From an uncultured delta proteobacterium (GTDB lineage: Bacteria; Myxococcota; Myxococcia; Myxococcales; Anaeromyxobacteraceae), in contig CAWJSR010000002.1 of the NCBI GenBank assembly GCA_963845515.1, forward strand, positions 32,001 to 96,000: a DNA stretch of 64,000 nt, in the 5' to 3' direction. The notes beneath the pieces are model-generated. The model was given only the letters and a program-made list of their open reading frames with translations, was not told where the DNA came from and did no database searches. The position numbers were made by a program, and so were the translations under genes. Positions 18,294 through 27,821 of this stretch are shown piece by piece (within the stretch, counting starts at the first letter, position 1; each line of letters starts with the position of its first letter).

Positions 18294-19517
18294 CTAATTA
18301 CAGGTCGAGTTGGTACAACTTGGGTAGAGCGGCTCGAGGCTGATGGGATCCCAAATGATGATTGGCTCCCAAGGAGGCGGAGGGGGCGGGGGCGCCGGAG
18401 GGATCGTGCCGCCAAACACACCCCGAAAATACGCGTCCTTGCCATAGGACCAACCTCCCGCCGAGTACTCAGGGGACCATCTCAATACGATTTGATAGGG
18501 CGTTCCGTCGAGAACCGGATCGGTTACATGGAACGCGATCGCTCGCGGAGACAAGATCACCGGGATCGAGTCCACCAACGTGGTTCGTTCCTCCCACCAG
18601 GACCCGTACCGGCTCCGCACAAAGTAGTCCACTAGGATCTCGAAATTGGCTGACGCGTGGTCCAGGTTGTCACCCGTGACGATTACGTCGTACGGACCGT
18701 TGCCGTGCTCAGCTCCCGTGATCGTCGGCTGAGTGCTCGCGTCCAGGGCCGTAAGATATCCAAGGGAGGATGACCCTTCGACGGTCGCGATGTCGTCGGC
18801 GGAAGCCATGAACACGTCGATCCACGTCCTACTCCAGTCCGGGTCATACGTTTCGCAGAGTTGGAACCGGTATGAATACTCGCGTGCTATCGAGTTCACT
18901 TTCATGCCGTAGACCAGCGGGCACGGATAGATGTTTCCACTCGTGAGCGTCAGGTATAGGCCCGGCGTCCAGTCCATTAGGCCAAATATTTCTTCGTGCG
19001 CTACGGCCTCGTCGATGAACGTGGCTTGCGTGAAGACGAGCTCCACCGAGCCAGCGGGAATGCTCGTGGGGACGCAGCCACCCCAACTTCGGGTGTACCC
19101 GGCATTGCAGGTAGTCACGCACGCGCCATCGGTGCAGCTTTCCGTGCCGTTCTGCGCCCCGGCGCAGACATGCCCGAGACATCCGCAGTTCTGAAGGTCG
19201 GAAGTGGTGTTCGCGACGGAGGTGAGGTTCCCCGCCGGATCGTGCGCGAAGACGGTGACCGGCGGATCGGAGGTCCCGACGCAGCTGCCAGCTCCGTCGC
19301 ACGTCTCAGACCTCGTGCAGGGGTTTGCGTCGTCACATGTGGCACCGGCTGCCGAATACGCGCTCGGCGCCCATCCCGTCTTCAAGCAGGTCCAACTAGT
19401 GATGCACGGGAGGTTCGGTTGGAGACCACACTTGGATGGCGCGGCGGCGGCAACGGCAGAGATCGCAGCCAGAAGGACGGCGACTCCGCTACGTAGAAGG
19501 ATTCTCGTCGAACGCAT
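18294..19517 (-). CDS. secreted Cys-rich hypothetical protein with a single YD-like repeat
   Basis: Signal peptide; CDDANPCT..ETC..G.C and DLQNCG..GHVC modules; TVFAHDPAGNLTSV; poly-Pro near C-terminus. Confidence 0.7.
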   Translation of the reverse strand: MRSTRILLRSGVAVLLAAISAVAAAAPSKCGLQPNLPCITSWTCLKTGWAPSAYSAAGATCDDANPCTRSETCDGAGSCVGTSDPPVTVFAHDPAGNLTSVANTTSDLQNCGCLGHVCAGAQNGTESCTDGACVTTCNAGYTRSWGGCVPTSIPAGSVELVFTQATFIDEAVAHEEIFGLMDWTPGLYLTLTSGNIYPCPLVYGMKVNSIAREYSYRFQLCETYDPDWSRTWIDVFMASADDIATVEGSSSLGYLTALDASTQPTITGAEHGNGPYDVIVTGDNLDHASANFEILVDYFVRSRYGSWWEERTTLVDSIPVILSPRAIAFHVTDPVLDGTPYQIVLRWSPEYSAGGWSYGKDAYFRGVFGGTIPPAPPPPPPPWEPIIIWDPISLEPLYPSCTNSTCN

Positions 19518-19850
19518 GCGGTGGGCGACTCCTAAACGAGAGTTCGTGATCCGAGATCAGCCGTCGGCCTCATGCGCACTCCGTTGCGCGCCGGGAGGCG
19601 CACCGTGAGTGCGACCACTATTGCATACACGAGTCCACTCCGAGAGTACCTCGCTCACTCCGACCTCTTCGCGCCTTTGACGCGGACATTCGAGGACCGT
19701 GGTGAGGCGTACTGGTGGGGAGCAAGGCCGCGGCGAAGGCGCGGGGGCTACGGCGCTCGCTGACCTCGTGACCGACAGGCTCCGAGGCAGAGGACCCGCC
19801 TGACCGTGTGAAGTGCTCCCGATCCCAGGTGGGCGAGTGGGGAAACGCGA

Positions 19851-19869
19851 GGGGCTACAGCAGCTCGTC
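19851..19869. repeat. 19-bp direct repeat, copy 2 (3' end of the DUF3943-like gene)
   Basis: Identical to 11640-11658; minus strand reads GAC GAG CTG CTG TAG CCCC. Confidence 0.7.
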
Positions 19870-20577
19870 GCCGAACAGATCCCGCGCGGCCTTCCGGCCG
19901 GCGACCGTCTGGAACAGGAGCTGCGCCTCCGCGATCGGATCGGCGAAGGCGAGCCCCATCTGCCCCCAGAAGCCCGGCCGGCCGCCACGGAGCAGCCGCT
20001 GGCGCGCCCACCAGCGGACCTCGCCGATGACCGCGCCCGTCGTCGAGGTCACGAGGAGGTCCGGCCAGGAGGGCTGCTCGAACCAGCTCTCGACCCCGTA
20101 CTCCCAGAGGGTGCTGCCGGCGGTGGCGAAGAGGAAGGCGCCGACCGGCCCGTAGTTGGACCGGCGCGCCGCGGTGTAGAGGAGCGACCCCATGATGGGG
20201 TGGGCGACGTAGTTGGTCGTCCAGGGATCGCCGTCGTCCCAAGTCGGCGCCGCGGTGAAGGCGCTGCGGAACTGCGCGGCGCTCGGCGAGACCCGTCCGC
20301 TCCAGTTCGCCGGCGGGAAGAGGACTAGCGCAGTGATCTGGAGGCCGAACATGGCGCTGCCGAAGCCGACCATCCGGCCCGGGTGCGACTCGGTGGTGGG
20401 CGGGAGGAAGTCCGAGGCGCGCAGCCGCAGGTCGCTCGGCTCCAGATCTGGCTGCCTCAGCTCGATCGCGGCCACCTCCGCCTCGACGCAGCGCACGTCC
20501 TCTGGGAGGCTGGGCGCGGCGCGCGCGGCGGAGGGTGCCAGCGCGAGCAGGGCGATGGCGGTGGCGGCTCGGAGCAT
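19855..20577 (-). CDS. DUF3943-like domain protein
   Basis: WDDGDPWTTNYVAHPIMGSLLYTAARR, GSTLWEYGVE, PSWPDLLVT..GAVIGE; start inferred at signal peptide MLRAATA. Confidence 0.7.
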   Translation of the reverse strand: MLRAATAIALLALAPSAARAAPSLPEDVRCVEAEVAAIELRQPDLEPSDLRLRASDFLPPTTESHPGRMVGFGSAMFGLQITALVLFPPANWSGRVSPSAAQFRSAFTAAPTWDDGDPWTTNYVAHPIMGSLLYTAARRSNYGPVGAFLFATAGSTLWEYGVESWFEQPSWPDLLVTSTTGAVIGEVRWWARQRLLRGGRPGFWGQMGLAFADPIAEAQLLFQTVAGRKAARDLFGDELL

Positions 20578-20724
20578 CCAGGCCGGGCGCGTGATGGCGG
20601 CGCGGTAGTTCACTGGCTTCTGCTTTCCCTCGGGCGGCTGCCGCGGCGGCCGGAGATCGGGCGCGGCGGGGCATCCATACCTGAAGCGCCCGATCCACTT
20701 CAATCGGCCATACGAAGCAACATT

Positions 20725-21639
20725 TCAGCCAGCGAGCGGCACCTCCACGGTGAGGCCGTCGTGTGCGACAGCGACCTCCCCGAACTCCTCCCTCGCCTGG
20801 GCGAGCAGCGGCTCCGTCTCGCGGTCGTATCGGGTGGAGAGGTGCGTCAGGATGAGCCGGGCCACGCCGGCCTCTCGCGCGATCCGCCCGGCCTCGCGCG
20901 CGGTGCTGTGTTCGGTCTCGAGCGCGCGCTCCGCCTCGGGGTCGCCGAAGGTGGCCTCGTGTACGAGCACGTCGGCGCCGCGCGACGCCTCGACGGTGGC
21001 GGGGCAGGGGCGCGTGTCGCCGGTCACGATGACCTTCCGGCCGGGGCGCGGCGGATCGACCACCTCCTCCGGGCGTATGACGCGCCCGTCAGGGAGCGTC
21101 ACCGGTTTTCCGCGCTGCAGGGCGCCGAACATGGGGCCTTCCTCGACACCGAGCGCCGCTGCGCGCTCCGGGTGGAAGCGTCCGGGCCGATCGTCCTCGA
21201 TGAGCGCCCACCCGACCGAAGGGATCCCGTGGCGCGTGGCGAAGGGGACGAGATCGCAGCCGTCGCGCCGGATCCGGTCGCCAGGCGCCACCTCCTGGAC
21301 CCGCAGGTCGAAGGAGAGCTGCTCGATCCCGCCGGCGACGTACCGATCGACGATGCGGGCGAGCCCGCGCGGCCCGTAGAGATCCAGCGGCTCGGGCCGC
21401 CCCTGCATCGAGAGGGTCCGCATGAAGCCGACGACCCCCAGCCAGTGGTCGAGGTGGAGGTGCGTGAAGAAGACGGCGGCGACGTCGAAGCCGGTGCCGT
21501 ACCGGACCATCTGCCGCTGCGTCCCCTCCCCGCAGTCGACGAGGAAGAGCTCGCGCTCGCGCCGGATGGCGAGCCCTGCGAGGTTGCGCCCGATGGTCGG
21601 CTGGGCGCCGGAGGTGCCGAGGAAGGTGAGCCGGAGCAT
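20725..21639 (-). CDS. rnz: ribonuclease Z
   Basis: LTFLGTSGAQP, DCGEGTQRQ, FTHLHLDHWLG, exosite GVEEGP, GDTRP, VHEATF, HST, LTHLSTRY. Confidence 0.93.
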   Translation of the reverse strand: MLRLTFLGTSGAQPTIGRNLAGLAIRRERELFLVDCGEGTQRQMVRYGTGFDVAAVFFTHLHLDHWLGVVGFMRTLSMQGRPEPLDLYGPRGLARIVDRYVAGGIEQLSFDLRVQEVAPGDRIRRDGCDLVPFATRHGIPSVGWALIEDDRPGRFHPERAAALGVEEGPMFGALQRGKPVTLPDGRVIRPEEVVDPPRPGRKVIVTGDTRPCPATVEASRGADVLVHEATFGDPEAERALETEHSTAREAGRIAREAGVARLILTHLSTRYDRETEPLLAQAREEFGEVAVAHDGLTVEVPLAG

Positions 21640-21686
21640 CGGGGGGCGAGATTAGTCGATCCGGGCCCGGGCTCCGAGCCCGCGGC

Positions 21687-23000
21687 TCAGGCGTACGCGA
21701 GGGCGTCGGGGATCTTCCTGCGCGCCGCGCGCCGCGCCGGGAGCCAGGCGGCGAAGACGGCGATGGCGACGAGGAAGAACCCCGCCAGGAGGTAGCTGAC
21801 CGGGTCCACCTCCACGCCGAGCAGCATCGGGTTGGCCATCAACCCTGCGTTGTAGGTGAGCCGCGCCCCGTTGATGAGGGCCGTGATGCCGAGCGTGAGG
21901 AGCAACCCGACGACGCAGGCGCTCGCGGAGAGGATGGCCGCCTCCAGCGCGAAGAGCCCCGTCACCTGGCCGCGCACGAAGCCGAGGCTCCGGAGCGTGC
22001 CGATCTCGCGCGTCCGCTCGCTGACGACCTTCACCATCGTGCTGAAGACGGCCATGCCCGCGATGACGACGACGACGACCCCCATGAGGCTCCGGAGCGT
22101 CCGCATGATCCCCATCCCTTGATTGTACTGCTCGCCGAAGTAGGACTGCTGCCAGGGCATGGCGTCGATGGCGAAGCCCTGCGCCGTCGCCGCCGCCGCG
22201 AGGTCGCGGGCGAAGGGCGCCGCCTTCGCGGGGTCGCGCAGGAGGACCGCGTACTGGGAGACGACCCGCGCGTTCCGGAGCTTCTGAGCGAGCGCGAGCG
22301 GCATCATGAGGGCCACGTCGTCCATCTCCTTGCGCCCACCGTCGACGATGCCCGCGACGACGGGCTCGACGGCGTTCACCTGGCCCGAGGCGGTGCTGCC
22401 CATCAGCTGGATGCGCGCGCGGCGGCACTCGAACGGTCGCACCTTCGGGACGAGGAGGCCGTCCTCGCCGAAGGGCGGCTCGGCCGTGGCGGGCTCGCAC
22501 TCCAGGAGCGCGCCGAGCCCCCGCGCCAGCAGCACCGAGTCGCCGCCGGCCTCCTGGAGCGGCTTGCCGTACCAGGCGTCCCACGCGAAGCGGCGGCGGA
22601 GCGCGGCCCCCTCGACCGGGTCGAAACCCCAGCCGACGAACTGGTAGGACGAGCGGCCGTTGCTCGCGATGCCGCCGACGAAGAGGTTCCGGACGCGGGT
22701 CACCACCTCGCCCCCGTGCGCGCGCAGGTACTCCTCCACGAACGCCTGCTCGGACTCGCGGAGGTAGACCGGCGCGGAGTTCCTGGACAGCGACGCGCTC
22801 GCCCCCCTCCCCTCGACGAGGAGCGTCCCCATCATGAACTGCTCCTCCATCATCGCCCCGAGCGCGCCGGCGAGGTGGCTCAGGTAGCCGTTGAAGAGCG
22901 TGATGGCGGTGAAGCCTACGGCGACCGCGAGGGCGGCCCCCACCGAGTGGCGCCAGTTCTTGCGGACGCTGCGGAGGGCGATGCGAAGGAGGACGGTCAT
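21687..23000 (-). CDS. FtsX/MacB/LolC-like ABC permease (type B, copy 2)
   Basis: One TM, large periplasmic domain, ERTREIGTLRSLGF, three TMs; ends IPDALAYA like 24396-25721. Confidence 0.85.
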   Translation of the reverse strand: MTVLLRIALRSVRKNWRHSVGAALAVAVGFTAITLFNGYLSHLAGALGAMMEEQFMMGTLLVEGRGASASLSRNSAPVYLRESEQAFVEEYLRAHGGEVVTRVRNLFVGGIASNGRSSYQFVGWGFDPVEGAALRRRFAWDAWYGKPLQEAGGDSVLLARGLGALLECEPATAEPPFGEDGLLVPKVRPFECRRARIQLMGSTASGQVNAVEPVVAGIVDGGRKEMDDVALMMPLALAQKLRNARVVSQYAVLLRDPAKAAPFARDLAAAATAQGFAIDAMPWQQSYFGEQYNQGMGIMRTLRSLMGVVVVVIAGMAVFSTMVKVVSERTREIGTLRSLGFVRGQVTGLFALEAAILSASACVVGLLLTLGITALINGARLTYNAGLMANPMLLGVEVDPVSYLLAGFFLVAIAVFAAWLPARRAARRKIPDALAYA

Positions 23001-23013
23001 GGCTTCTCCGGGG

Positions 23014-24357
23014 TCAGGCGGTGACCGCGGTGAGGAGGCTCGCGACGGGCCGCGCCACGCGTCGGTGGACGGCGAGCCAGGTCGCCGCGAGTGCGAGCGG
23101 GAAGTACGCGGCCGCGGCGACGGCGCAGACCCCCACGCTCGGGATGATCTGGAGCCGCACCATCCCCGCCATTCCGACCGCCTGGAAGCGGATGTCCGCG
23201 GCGCTCACGCCGGCCGCGGCCGCGAGCCCGAGGAGCAGCCCGGCGGCGACGCCCACGAAGGTGAGCGCCATCGCCTCGCGCAGGAAGAGGGCGGTGACCT
23301 GGCCGCGCGTGAAGCCGAGCGATCGGAAGGTGGCCAGCTCACGGGTGCGCTCCAGGACGGTGAGCGTCATCGCGTTGAGCACCGAGAGGGTCGCGACCGC
23401 GATCACGAGGATCCCGATGAAGCCGAACATGACCCGGACGGACTCCATCGTCCCCACGTAGTAGGGGTTGGCCTCCGGATCGTCGTAGCGGCGGACCTCC
23501 GCCGCGATCCCGACGCCGGCGAGCCGGCCGGCGAGGTCGAGCGCGACGGCGTGGGTGTCCCGCTGGTCCCGGAGGTAGACGGAGAAGGAGGTGACGGCGT
23601 CGGTCGAGAGGAGCCGCTGCAGGGTCGGGAGGGACGTCGTGAGGGCCCGGTTGTCCTCGTCGTAGGACGGGGCGCGGAAGAGGGTGGAGACCCGGGCGTC
23701 GATCGCGTTGAGGTCGCCGTCGAAGTCGAGCGCCGCGAGCTGGACGAACGGGTCCGCCTGGATGGACCGGGGCGTGCTGCAGTCGATCGGCGCGCTCCCC
23801 GGGGGCGGCGCGGCGTCAGATGCGTGCTTCTGGAGCGTCGTGGAGAGGCCGACGGCGAGCGCGACGGCGGCCTCGTCCCCGCCGGCCTCGGTGAGCGGAA
23901 CCCCTTCGACTGGCCGGCCGTGCTCCGGCGCCCAGCGCCGGACCTGTGGGTGGGTGAGGATGCGCCGCTCGGTGTCGAGCTCGACGCCGGAGGCGATGAA
24001 CGGCACGCTCTGGCAGCCGTTGCCGGCGAGCCCGATCGCGCGCAGGTAGCGGCCCGTGAGCTCGACGCGCGGGTCGGCGGAGAGCAGCGTGGCGATCGTC
24101 CGCTGCTCCTCCGCTGGGAAGGCGTAGCCGGAGGGCTTCGCCACCGCCCGCCGCAGCCCACCAGGCTTGTAGATGGCGAGGTGGCCGACGTGCTGCAGGT
24201 AGACCGAGTTGGTCCGCACCATCCCGTCCACCCAGTTCGCATAGCCGCCCAGCATGACGACGGCCGCGTACCCGAGCGCGATGGCGAGGCCGGTCGAGAG
24301 GTTGCGGCGCCGGTTCCTGGAGAGGTTCCGCACCGCGATGCGCCAGCCGCCGGTCAT
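23014..24357 (-). CDS. FtsX/MacB/LolC-like ABC permease (type A, copy 2)
   Basis: MTGGWRIAVRNLSRNRRR, ERTRELATFRSLGF; ends LLTAVTA. Confidence 0.85.
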   Translation of the reverse strand: MTGGWRIAVRNLSRNRRRNLSTGLAIALGYAAVVMLGGYANWVDGMVRTNSVYLQHVGHLAIYKPGGLRRAVAKPSGYAFPAEEQRTIATLLSADPRVELTGRYLRAIGLAGNGCQSVPFIASGVELDTERRILTHPQVRRWAPEHGRPVEGVPLTEAGGDEAAVALAVGLSTTLQKHASDAAPPPGSAPIDCSTPRSIQADPFVQLAALDFDGDLNAIDARVSTLFRAPSYDEDNRALTTSLPTLQRLLSTDAVTSFSVYLRDQRDTHAVALDLAGRLAGVGIAAEVRRYDDPEANPYYVGTMESVRVMFGFIGILVIAVATLSVLNAMTLTVLERTRELATFRSLGFTRGQVTALFLREAMALTFVGVAAGLLLGLAAAAGVSAADIRFQAVGMAGMVRLQIIPSVGVCAVAAAAYFPLALAATWLAVHRRVARPVASLLTAVTA

Positions 24358-24395
24358 GCTGCCTCCGATCGAGTCGTATCGACGCCGGTCATGGT

Positions 24396-25721
24396 TCACG
24401 CGTAGGCGAGGGCGTCGGGGATCCTGGTGCGGGCCGCGCGCCGCGCCGGGCGCCACGCCGCGAAGACGGCGATGGCGACGAGGAAGGCGGCGACCTGGAG
24501 GTAGCTCACGAAGTCCACCGCGAGCCCGAGTGGGATCGGCGTCGCCATGATGCCGGGCCGGTAGGTGAGCCCGGCGCGGTTGACGAGGGCGGAGACGCCG
24601 AGCGTGACGATGAGCCCCGCGGCGCAGGCGACGGCGGAGAGGACCGCCGCCTCCAGGGCGAAGAGCCTCGTCACCTGGCGGCGGAGGAAGCCGAGGCTCC
24701 GGAGCGTGCCGATCTCGCGCGTCCGCTCGTTCACGGTCTTCACCATCGAGCTGAAGACGGCAGCCCCCGCGATCGCCACGACGACCATGGCCATGAGGCC
24801 GCGGAAGGCGCGCAGGAACGCCATCCCCTGCCGGAAGGTCTCGCCGTAGTAGCTCGCCTGCCAGGGCATCGCGTCGATCGCGAGGCCGCGGGCGGCGGCC
24901 GCCGCGGAGAGGTCGCGGGAGAAGCGCTCGGCCCCCGCCGGATCGCGCAGGAGGATCGTGTACATCGTGACGTCGCGCGTGTTGGCGAGCCGCTGGGCCA
25001 GCGCGAGGGGCATGTAGGTCATCACCAGATCCATCTCCGCGCGCCCAGCGTCGGCGGTGCCCACCACCGTGGCCGCCACGGCGTTGACCTGCCCCGAGGT
25101 GGTGCTGCCCATGAGCTGGAGGCGCGGCTGGCGGCACTGGAAGGGGCGCGCCTTCGGGATGGGCAGCCCGGCGGCGGTGTAGATCGGCTCCGCCGACGTG
25201 GACGCACAGTCGAGGAGGCCGGCGAGCCCCGGGGCGAGGAGGACGGAGTCCTCGGGGGCCTCGTAGAGCGGCCTGCCCGCCCAGGCGTCCCACGCGAAGC
25301 GCCGGCGCACGGCGGCGCCTCCGGCTGGCTCGTAGCCCCACCCGTTGAACGGGGTCGAGGCGCGGCCGTTGCTGGCGATCCCGCCGACGAAGAGGGAGCG
25401 GAAGTGGACGGCCACCTCCTCCCCGTGCCCGCGCAGGTACTCGTCCAGGAAGGCCTGCTCCGCGCCGTGGAGGTAGATCGGCTCGTCGTCCGCCGCCTTC
25501 CCGGACAGGACGTCGCTCGCCCCCTTCCCCTCGACGAGGAGCGTCCCCATCATGAACTGCTCCTCTACGATGGCGCCGAACATCCGCTCGATGTCGGTGA
25601 GGTAGCCGTCGAAGAGGGCGATGGCGGTGAAGCTGACCGCGACGGCGAGCGCCGCCCCGGCGGAGTGGCGCCAGTTCCTGCGCAGGCTCCTGGCGGCGAT
25701 GACCAACAGGATCGGCGCCAT
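24396..25721 (-). CDS. FtsX/MacB/LolC-like ABC permease (type B, copy 1)
   Basis: RSLRRNWRHS, ERTREIGTLRSLGF, PARRAAR..IPDALAYA. Confidence 0.85.
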   Translation of the reverse strand: MAPILLVIAARSLRRNWRHSAGAALAVAVSFTAIALFDGYLTDIERMFGAIVEEQFMMGTLLVEGKGASDVLSGKAADDEPIYLHGAEQAFLDEYLRGHGEEVAVHFRSLFVGGIASNGRASTPFNGWGYEPAGGAAVRRRFAWDAWAGRPLYEAPEDSVLLAPGLAGLLDCASTSAEPIYTAAGLPIPKARPFQCRQPRLQLMGSTTSGQVNAVAATVVGTADAGRAEMDLVMTYMPLALAQRLANTRDVTMYTILLRDPAGAERFSRDLSAAAAARGLAIDAMPWQASYYGETFRQGMAFLRAFRGLMAMVVVAIAGAAVFSSMVKTVNERTREIGTLRSLGFLRRQVTRLFALEAAVLSAVACAAGLIVTLGVSALVNRAGLTYRPGIMATPIPLGLAVDFVSYLQVAAFLVAIAVFAAWRPARRAARTRIPDALAYA

Positions 25722-25723
25722 CC

Positions 25724-26470
25724 TCACCTCACCACGTTGTTGATGTTGAAGAGGCTGGGGGCGTGCGCCTCCGGGCGCGGCGAGGAGAAGACCAGCGTGG
25801 TCACGCTCCCCGTCCCCATCGCGTCCTTGATCGTCATCCGGGACACGAAGTCGAAGGTCTCGCCGCCGACGCGGAGCCGGTTGCCGTACTCGAAGGTGGC
25901 GGTCTTGAAGAGGTCCCCGCCCACCGTCAGGAACTCCGCCTTGAGGGCCAGGTGGCGCCGCCTGGAGACCCAGTAGCGGATCTTGTCGTAGGTGACGTCG
26001 CTCGCCTTCGCGACGAGGTCGAGCCGCCACGCCGGCTCGCCGGCGACGTCGTCCTCTCCCACGATCGCGGCCGAGTAGTCGCGGGCGTAGTTGGTGCTGG
26101 CGATGTCGCCGTTCGAGGCGTCCCCCTGGAAGCGCTGGCGGGCCGAGATCGACACCGGCCGGCGGAGCCCCGGCTTCACGAACCAGAGGGCGCGGTCGTT
26201 GAAGAGGACCAGCTCCCCCTTGTTGCGCGGCGGGGCGATCGTCTCGGCCAGCGCGTCGACGCCTCGCGCCTTCACCATCATGGTCTTCGCCTTCCTGGTC
26301 CCCTCCTCGACCGACTCCAGCTCCACGGTCCAGGTGATCCCCTGGGGCAGCGCCCCGCGGGCGCGGTCGGAGTCGCGCAGGAGCAGGGCCGCGTCGGGGG
26401 CGCCGGCCGGAGCTGCGGTGGGTCCGGCGCCGAGCGCGGCGGCGAGCAGTGCGATGGCGATGGCGGTCAT
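25724..26470 (-). CDS. outer membrane lipoprotein-sorting (LolA-like) protein
   Basis: Signal peptide; PPRNKGE..L....LWFVKPGLRRPVSIS.RQRFQG.ASNGDIA, L.AK...TY.KI.YWV. Confidence 0.75.
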   Translation of the reverse strand: MTAIAIALLAAALGAGPTAAPAGAPDAALLLRDSDRARGALPQGITWTVELESVEEGTRKAKTMMVKARGVDALAETIAPPRNKGELVLFNDRALWFVKPGLRRPVSISARQRFQGDASNGDIASTNYARDYSAAIVGEDDVAGEPAWRLDLVAKASDVTYDKIRYWVSRRRHLALKAEFLTVGGDLFKTATFEYGNRLRVGGETFDFVSRMTIKDAMGTGSVTTLVFSSPRPEAHAPSLFNINNVVR

Positions 26471-26480
26471 GCGGTCCTCA

Positions 26481-27821
26481 CTAGGCGGTGACGGCGGTCA
26501 GGAGAGCTGCGACGGGCCGGGCGACGCCCCGGTGCACGGCGAGCCAGGTCGCGGCGAGGGAGAAGGGGAAGTAGGCGGCGGCCGCCACGACGCAGACCGC
26601 GAAGGTCGGCTGGAGGCGGAGGGGAGGGTCCCGGCGATGCCGGACGCCTCGATCTCGACGTGGGCCGCCCCGACGGCGGCGGAGACGGCGAGGCCTAGCA
26701 CCAGCCCGACGGCGATCCCCAGGGCCGTGAGCGCCGTCGCCTCGCGGAGGAACAGGCCGGTCACCTGCCCACGCGTGAAGCCGAGGGACCGGAAGGTGGC
26801 GAGCTCACGCGTCCGCTCGAGGATGGTGAGCGTCATCGCGTTGAGCATCGAGACGGCCGCGACGACCACGACCAGGATCCCGATGAAGCCGAGGATCGCC
26901 CAGGTCATCGCCAGCGTCCCCGCGTAGTACGGGCTGGCCACGGGATCGTCGAAGCGGTGGAGCTCCGCCTGGATCCCCGCGCTCGCGAGCTTGCCGCCCA
27001 GGTCCCGCTCGACGGCCGGCGCGTCCTTCGGGTCGCGCAGGTAGACCGAGAAGGAGGTGATCCGGTCGGTGGCGAGGAGGCGCTGCAGCGTCGCGAGGTC
27101 GGTCATGAGGGAGCCCTTGTCCTCCTCGTAGAGGACGGCCCGGTAACGGGAGGCCACCCGCGCGTCCAGCGCGTTGAAGCCCCCGTCGAAGTCGATGGCG
27201 GCGAGCTGCACCCATGGATCGCCGTCTGCCTTCCCCGAGCCGCAGTCGAGGGGAGCCGGCCCGGCGGCGGGCGAGGAGGCCGAGGCGTGCTTGCGGAGCT
27301 TCTTGGCGAGCCCGACCGACAGCGCGACCCTCACCTCGTCGCCGCCCGCGTCGGCCAGGGACGTCCCCTCCACCGGGCGGGAGCGCTCCGCCACCCACTC
27401 CAGCACCCTCGGGTGGGCGAGGAGGCGCCGCTCCACCTCCGGCTCGACGCCGGTCCCGACGAACGGGAGGCTCCTGCAGCCGTTGCCCGCCAGCCCTCCG
27501 CGCCCGAAGGTAGCGGCCGGCGAACTCGACGCGCGGCTCCGCGGCGAGGAGCGCCGCGATGGCGCGCTGCTCCTCGACCGGGAAGGAGAAGGCCGAGGGC
27601 TTCGCGGCGGCGCGGGAGAGGCCGCCCGGCTTGTGGATCGAGAGGTGGCCGATGCGCTGGAGGTAGACCGTCAGCGCCCCCATCCCCTCGTACGCATAGT
27701 TGGAGTAGCCGCCGATGATGACGAGGGAGGCGTAGCCCAGCGCGATGGCGAGCCCGGTCGCCAGGTTGCGCCGCCGGTTCCGGCGCAGGTTGCGGACCGC
27801 GATGCGCCAGCCGCCGGTCAC
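26481..27821 (-). CDS. FtsX/MacB/LolC-like ABC permease (type A, copy 1), frameshifts near 27500 and 26620
   Basis: VTGGWRIAVRNLRRNRRR start; paralog of 23014-24357 split across three frames; ends LLTAVTA-TAG at 26481. Confidence 0.75.

Noticed and set aside
19518..19850. Intergenic region and short ORF 19572-19763 as possible ncRNA or small gene
   Set aside because: No recognisable RNA motif, SD or protein family; cannot be supported from sequence alone.
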